This document shows positions 60,589 to 64,000 of a stretch of DNA of 64,000 nucleotides, in pieces. Under the pieces are notes generated by a model, which had not been told where the DNA came from, ran no database searches, and saw only the letters and a list, made by a program, of their open reading frames with translations. Every line of letters starts with the position of its first letter. Position 1 is the stretch's first letter. Source of the DNA: Salpingoeca rosetta (Eukaryota > Protista > Choanoflagellata); NCBI GenBank assembly GCA_033442325.1, contig JAWQFM010000020.1, forward strand, positions 747,233 through 811,232. Direction: 5' to 3'. The position numbers and the translations under genes were made by a program.

Positions 60589-62885
60589 ATGTCAGGCCGT
60601 CGAACTCAGCGCTGCCGGTGTTGTGGAAACCCCGGTCACAACGCACGGACGTGCCCCTTGGTGAGAAGGCGGGCAACGCCACGCGAGGCGCTCCGGGATC
60701 CAAGCTGTGGCAATGGTGACGGCGAGCCCCCTCGCCAGCGTGCACGCACCACTCATCCTCAGCCACAGCAACGCCAACAACAACCACAACAACCACAACA
60801 GCAGCAGCAACTGGGGAATCGGGCTCCAAGCTGTGGCCATGGTGACGGCGAGCCCCCTCGCCAGCGTGCACGCACCACTCATCCTCAGCCACAACAACGC
60901 CAACAACAACCACAACAGCAGCAGCAGCAGCAGCCGCCGTCGCGTGCAGGTCGGACTCGAGAGCGGCGGTGTGGCCGCGGCGGACAAACCGGTCACACGG
61001 TCACGACCTGCTCGCTGTCTGCGAACCGCATGGACGACGTGCATCTCCTGCCGCCCCTGACACGAGAGTGCCCTTATTGCGGTGCGCTGCTGTTCGATGG
61101 CCAGCGCCGCGAGGACGGCAGTGAGACCAGCTCCTTCTGCTGTGGCAACGGCCGCGTTCATCTCGAACCCATGCCAGCACCACCGGCGCCGCTGCGACAG
61201 CTCTGGGAGGACCGTGGCGAGCGTGGTCGCATCTTCTATGACTACATCCGCCTCTTCAACAATGCCCTCGCCCTGGCTTCTGCGCGAGCGTCGTGGGTGA
61301 GGGCGGAGCGTGGGTGGAACCCACACCTCATCATACAGGGGAGCCTTCATCACTGCATCGGGTCGCTGCTGCCTGCCGAGGGCGAGGAGCCGCAGTTTGC
61401 GCAGGTGTACGTGTACGACAACGTCGGCCAGGCAACTGCGCGCCGCCTGCTCGACATGCGACAGCGGATCGCGGCTGGGACGAGCGTGCCCGATTCCATC
61501 TGCGCGAACATCCTCACCACGCTCCATGACATGTTGGTGGACTGCAACCCATACGTCGACGCCTTTCGTGATGCCGCCTCGGCCGCGCTCGCGTCTTCGG
61601 GCGATGATGCTGTGCCGGACCTGCAGTTGGTGCTCAACTCCGAGAACAGGCCCGCCGATCAGCACGCGCGCCGCTACACGTCGGGCAACTCCGAGGAGGT
61701 GGCCCTGCTGTGTCCGGATGACCAGGTTGCACGGCGGGACCTGGTCGTGTACCCGAGGGACGGCGGCATTCAGTTCATCAACGAGACACACCAGGCCTGG
61801 GACCCGCTTCACTTTGTGTTGCTGTTTCCCGATGGCACACCGGGGTGGAGGATTGGCGTGCCTCTGCGTGTCCCGCCGTCGCTGGGTGGTGATCAACGCC
61901 GCCCGGATCAGTGTGGTGGTGCTGTCGTCGATGCAGAGGACGTCATGGGGCTCGGCGGCGATGGCTCGGCCGCCCGTCACGTGAGCACTCGGCAGTTCTA
62001 CGTGTACCACCTGATGCAGAGGTCGCAGTGCAACTACCTGCTGCGTGCCGGGCGGCTGACGCAGGAGTACATTTGCTCGGCGTTCTACCGCGTGGAGTAC
62101 CTGCGGCTCCTGTACGTTCGCCAGCATCAGGCAGAGCTTCGCTCCGCCATCTACCAGAACTTGGTGGACCACTCCGGGGAGGATGACGCAGACGAGCAGC
62201 AGCTTGGGCGCCGGGTTGTCCTGCCATCCAGCTTCCTTGGAGGACAACGGCACACCAAGGAGCGCTTCCATGACGCCATGGCCATCCTTGGCGAATACGG
62301 TGCGCGCGCGCCTGTATGTGTGTGTGTGTGTATGTGTGTGTGTGTGTGTTGTCGTTTGTTCGCGTGTATCGATGCATGTGTGGTGATTTGCGTGCGCGCG
62401 CTGTGTGCCCACTAACGTGTGCGTTGCGTTCTGTGTGCGGTGGCATGTGCAGGGAAGCCCGACCTGTTTGTGACATTCACGTGCAACCCGGCATGGCCTG
62501 AAATCACCCGTGAGTTAAGGGGTCACGAGCGCGCATCCGATCGCCCTGACCTCCTGGCACGCGTCTTCCATGCCAAGCTGGCAGCCTTCCGCATCGACCT
62601 TGAGCACGGCCACGTTTTCGGGCCCACCCGCGCGTTCCTGTATGCGATTGATTTTCAGATGCGCGGGTTGCCCCATGCGCATTGCTTGGTGTGGTGTGCC
62701 CAGCCCTTGCAGGGGCCGTCGGACATCGACCGCTTCATTTCAGCGGAGATTCCCGACCCCGCCACCGACGCGACACTGCACGCCTTGGTGACGCTGTTCT
62801 TTGCTTCACCGCTGCCCCATGTCGCCGATGTCGTGTATACTGAGGCGCTTGGCGCTCCCCCCCCCCTGCCCGCTGCGTCACAACC

Positions 62886-62937
<52 letters not shown>

Positions 62938-62990
62938 CCACAACAACAACCACAACAACAACAACGACGACGACGACGACGACGACGACG

Positions 62991-63069
<79 letters not shown>

Positions 63070-63447
63070 CCTGCCCCTTGCTGGACCCGTTGGTTTTCCC
63101 ACGACATGACGGTGTGGCCACCCACGAACATTAACCGGGCACATGTGACGTTCTCCTGGCTGTACATGCCCCTCATAACGGACGCTCTCTCGCCGGGCGG
63201 GAGGGGCCCTTTTCCTTTCCCGCGCCCTTCTGGCGTATGGAACCAGGTGGTCGCATCTCTGGCAGCGGTGTTCGCTGCAAACGGCATCACCACTGACACC
63301 CTTACCTACGATGGCCCCTGGCACATCCCCGCAGATGACCAGGAGCGCCTTGCGCTGCTCGCGGGCGTGGATACATACAACCTCATCGCTTCCATTGCCT
63401 TGCAGCACGCTCCCAACGCATTCCCACGCCTCACTGTTGGCGAGTAA
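60589..63447 (+). CDS. Helitron Rep (HUH endonuclease) protein, apparently truncated/fused; one spliceosomal intron 62300-62452
   Basis: CCHC knuckle CRCCGNPGHNARTC; CPYCGALLF..SFCCGNGRV; IRLFNNALALAS; PQFAQVYVYD; DPLHFVLLFPDG; GRRVVLPSSFLGG..DAMAI..YG|KPDLFVTFTCNPAWPEI; DRPDLLARVF; IDFQMRGLPHAH; IDRFISAEIPDP. Confidence 0.93.
60699..60930 (+). repeat. Near-perfect direct duplication (126-bp spacing) in the Helitron Rep N-terminus
   Basis: PSCG(N/H)GDGEPPRQRARTTHPQPQQRQQQPQQ is encoded twice. Confidence 0.9.
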
Positions 63448-64000
63448 CCAACCACATCGCCCCTGTTCCAGCACGTGTTACACGACGTGCTACATCTTCT
63501 GTTGTCCGTCATGTCTGTCATGTCATGTCACAACATCACACTGCCATCCATTGCATTTGTGCATCAAATCCTGTCCACCACCTCATAAAACAATGCCAGC
63601 GAAGCGGCATAAAAAGTCGTTGCACACTTGTTTATTATTCTTCTTGTTTGTGTGCGACGACACGACGGGTTGTCCTTTCTCTCTCAGCGCAACCCGTTCC
63701 TCTTGTTGCTGCCTCTTCCCTTATGCCCACGCAGCAGCCGTGAACAAACAAACCAAACAGCAACAACACAGCGACAACAACAGAAGCAACAACGGGCAAC
63801 AACATTCCATTGCAGGGAAGGACAGGCAGGCACACGCACGCACGCACAACAGCAGCGATTGTGTGCACGACGGCATTGGACAAGAACAAGGAACACCAGC
63901 AGTAGATCTGTCGCTTGAACGCGGCCAGAGACCGTGTTCACACGCAAACAAGCGCGCGCACGCACACGCACATTGTGTGCTTGGACAAGACAAGGAACGA

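Larger units (their letters stand above)
59496..64000 (+). mobile_element. Helitron-derived element (boundaries uncertain; 3' end not seen)
   Basis: Contains a Helitron Rep gene. The upstream segment is microsatellite-free and AT-richer, begins TCTAGACGTGCTATTAAA and carries GC-rich hairpins. No hairpin+CTRR 3' end was recognised. Confidence 0.6.

Noticed and set aside
63916-63940. Imperfect hairpin tgaacgcgg...ccgtgttca as the Helitron 3' end
   Set aside because: It is not followed by CTRR and sits in a locally duplicated low-complexity tract.

Overview
Eukaryotic, intron-dense genomic DNA with GC-rich exons and introns full of (CA)n/(TG)n microsatellites. Gene content and style point to a choanoflagellate, most like Salpingoeca rosetta (inference). 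There are two 100-N scaffold gaps (45968-46067, 50455-50554). I can reconstruct about 17 host genes in order: AMPK gamma (runs off the left end), DRC10/IQCD, EFHC1/Rib72, proteasome Rpn1/PSMD2, LMF2, a small TMEM14-like protein, JMJD5/KDM8, syntaxin-18, a wax-synthase-type MBOAT, an orphan single-pass membrane protein, METTL25, an aldo-keto reductase, a TIR/HET-like + TPR protein, a p63/p73-like factor (DBD-OD-SAM), SNU13, a HEAT-repeat protein and a short SPIDR-like gene. An intron-containing Helitron Rep gene sits at the right end. Best leads: (1) a TIR/HET-like domain retaining the catalytic-position Glu, fused directly (no NACHT/NB-ARC) to a recombining 42-aa TPR array and a Cys-rich hydrophobic tail, a candidate minimal innate-immune receptor; (2) the p63/p73-like gene has a post-SAM exon resembling the p63 inhibitory (TI) motif and an apparent Cys-to-Ser change at a zinc ligand; (3) a LAT/PAG-like transmembrane adaptor candidate; (4) RFX-type motifs at two adjacent ciliary genes; (5) a Helitron Rep that switches after its HUH motif into an unknown domain. 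Most ORFs in the supplied track are microsatellite artefacts. All family calls come from motif recognition by eye; no database searches were run, and exon models are manual.
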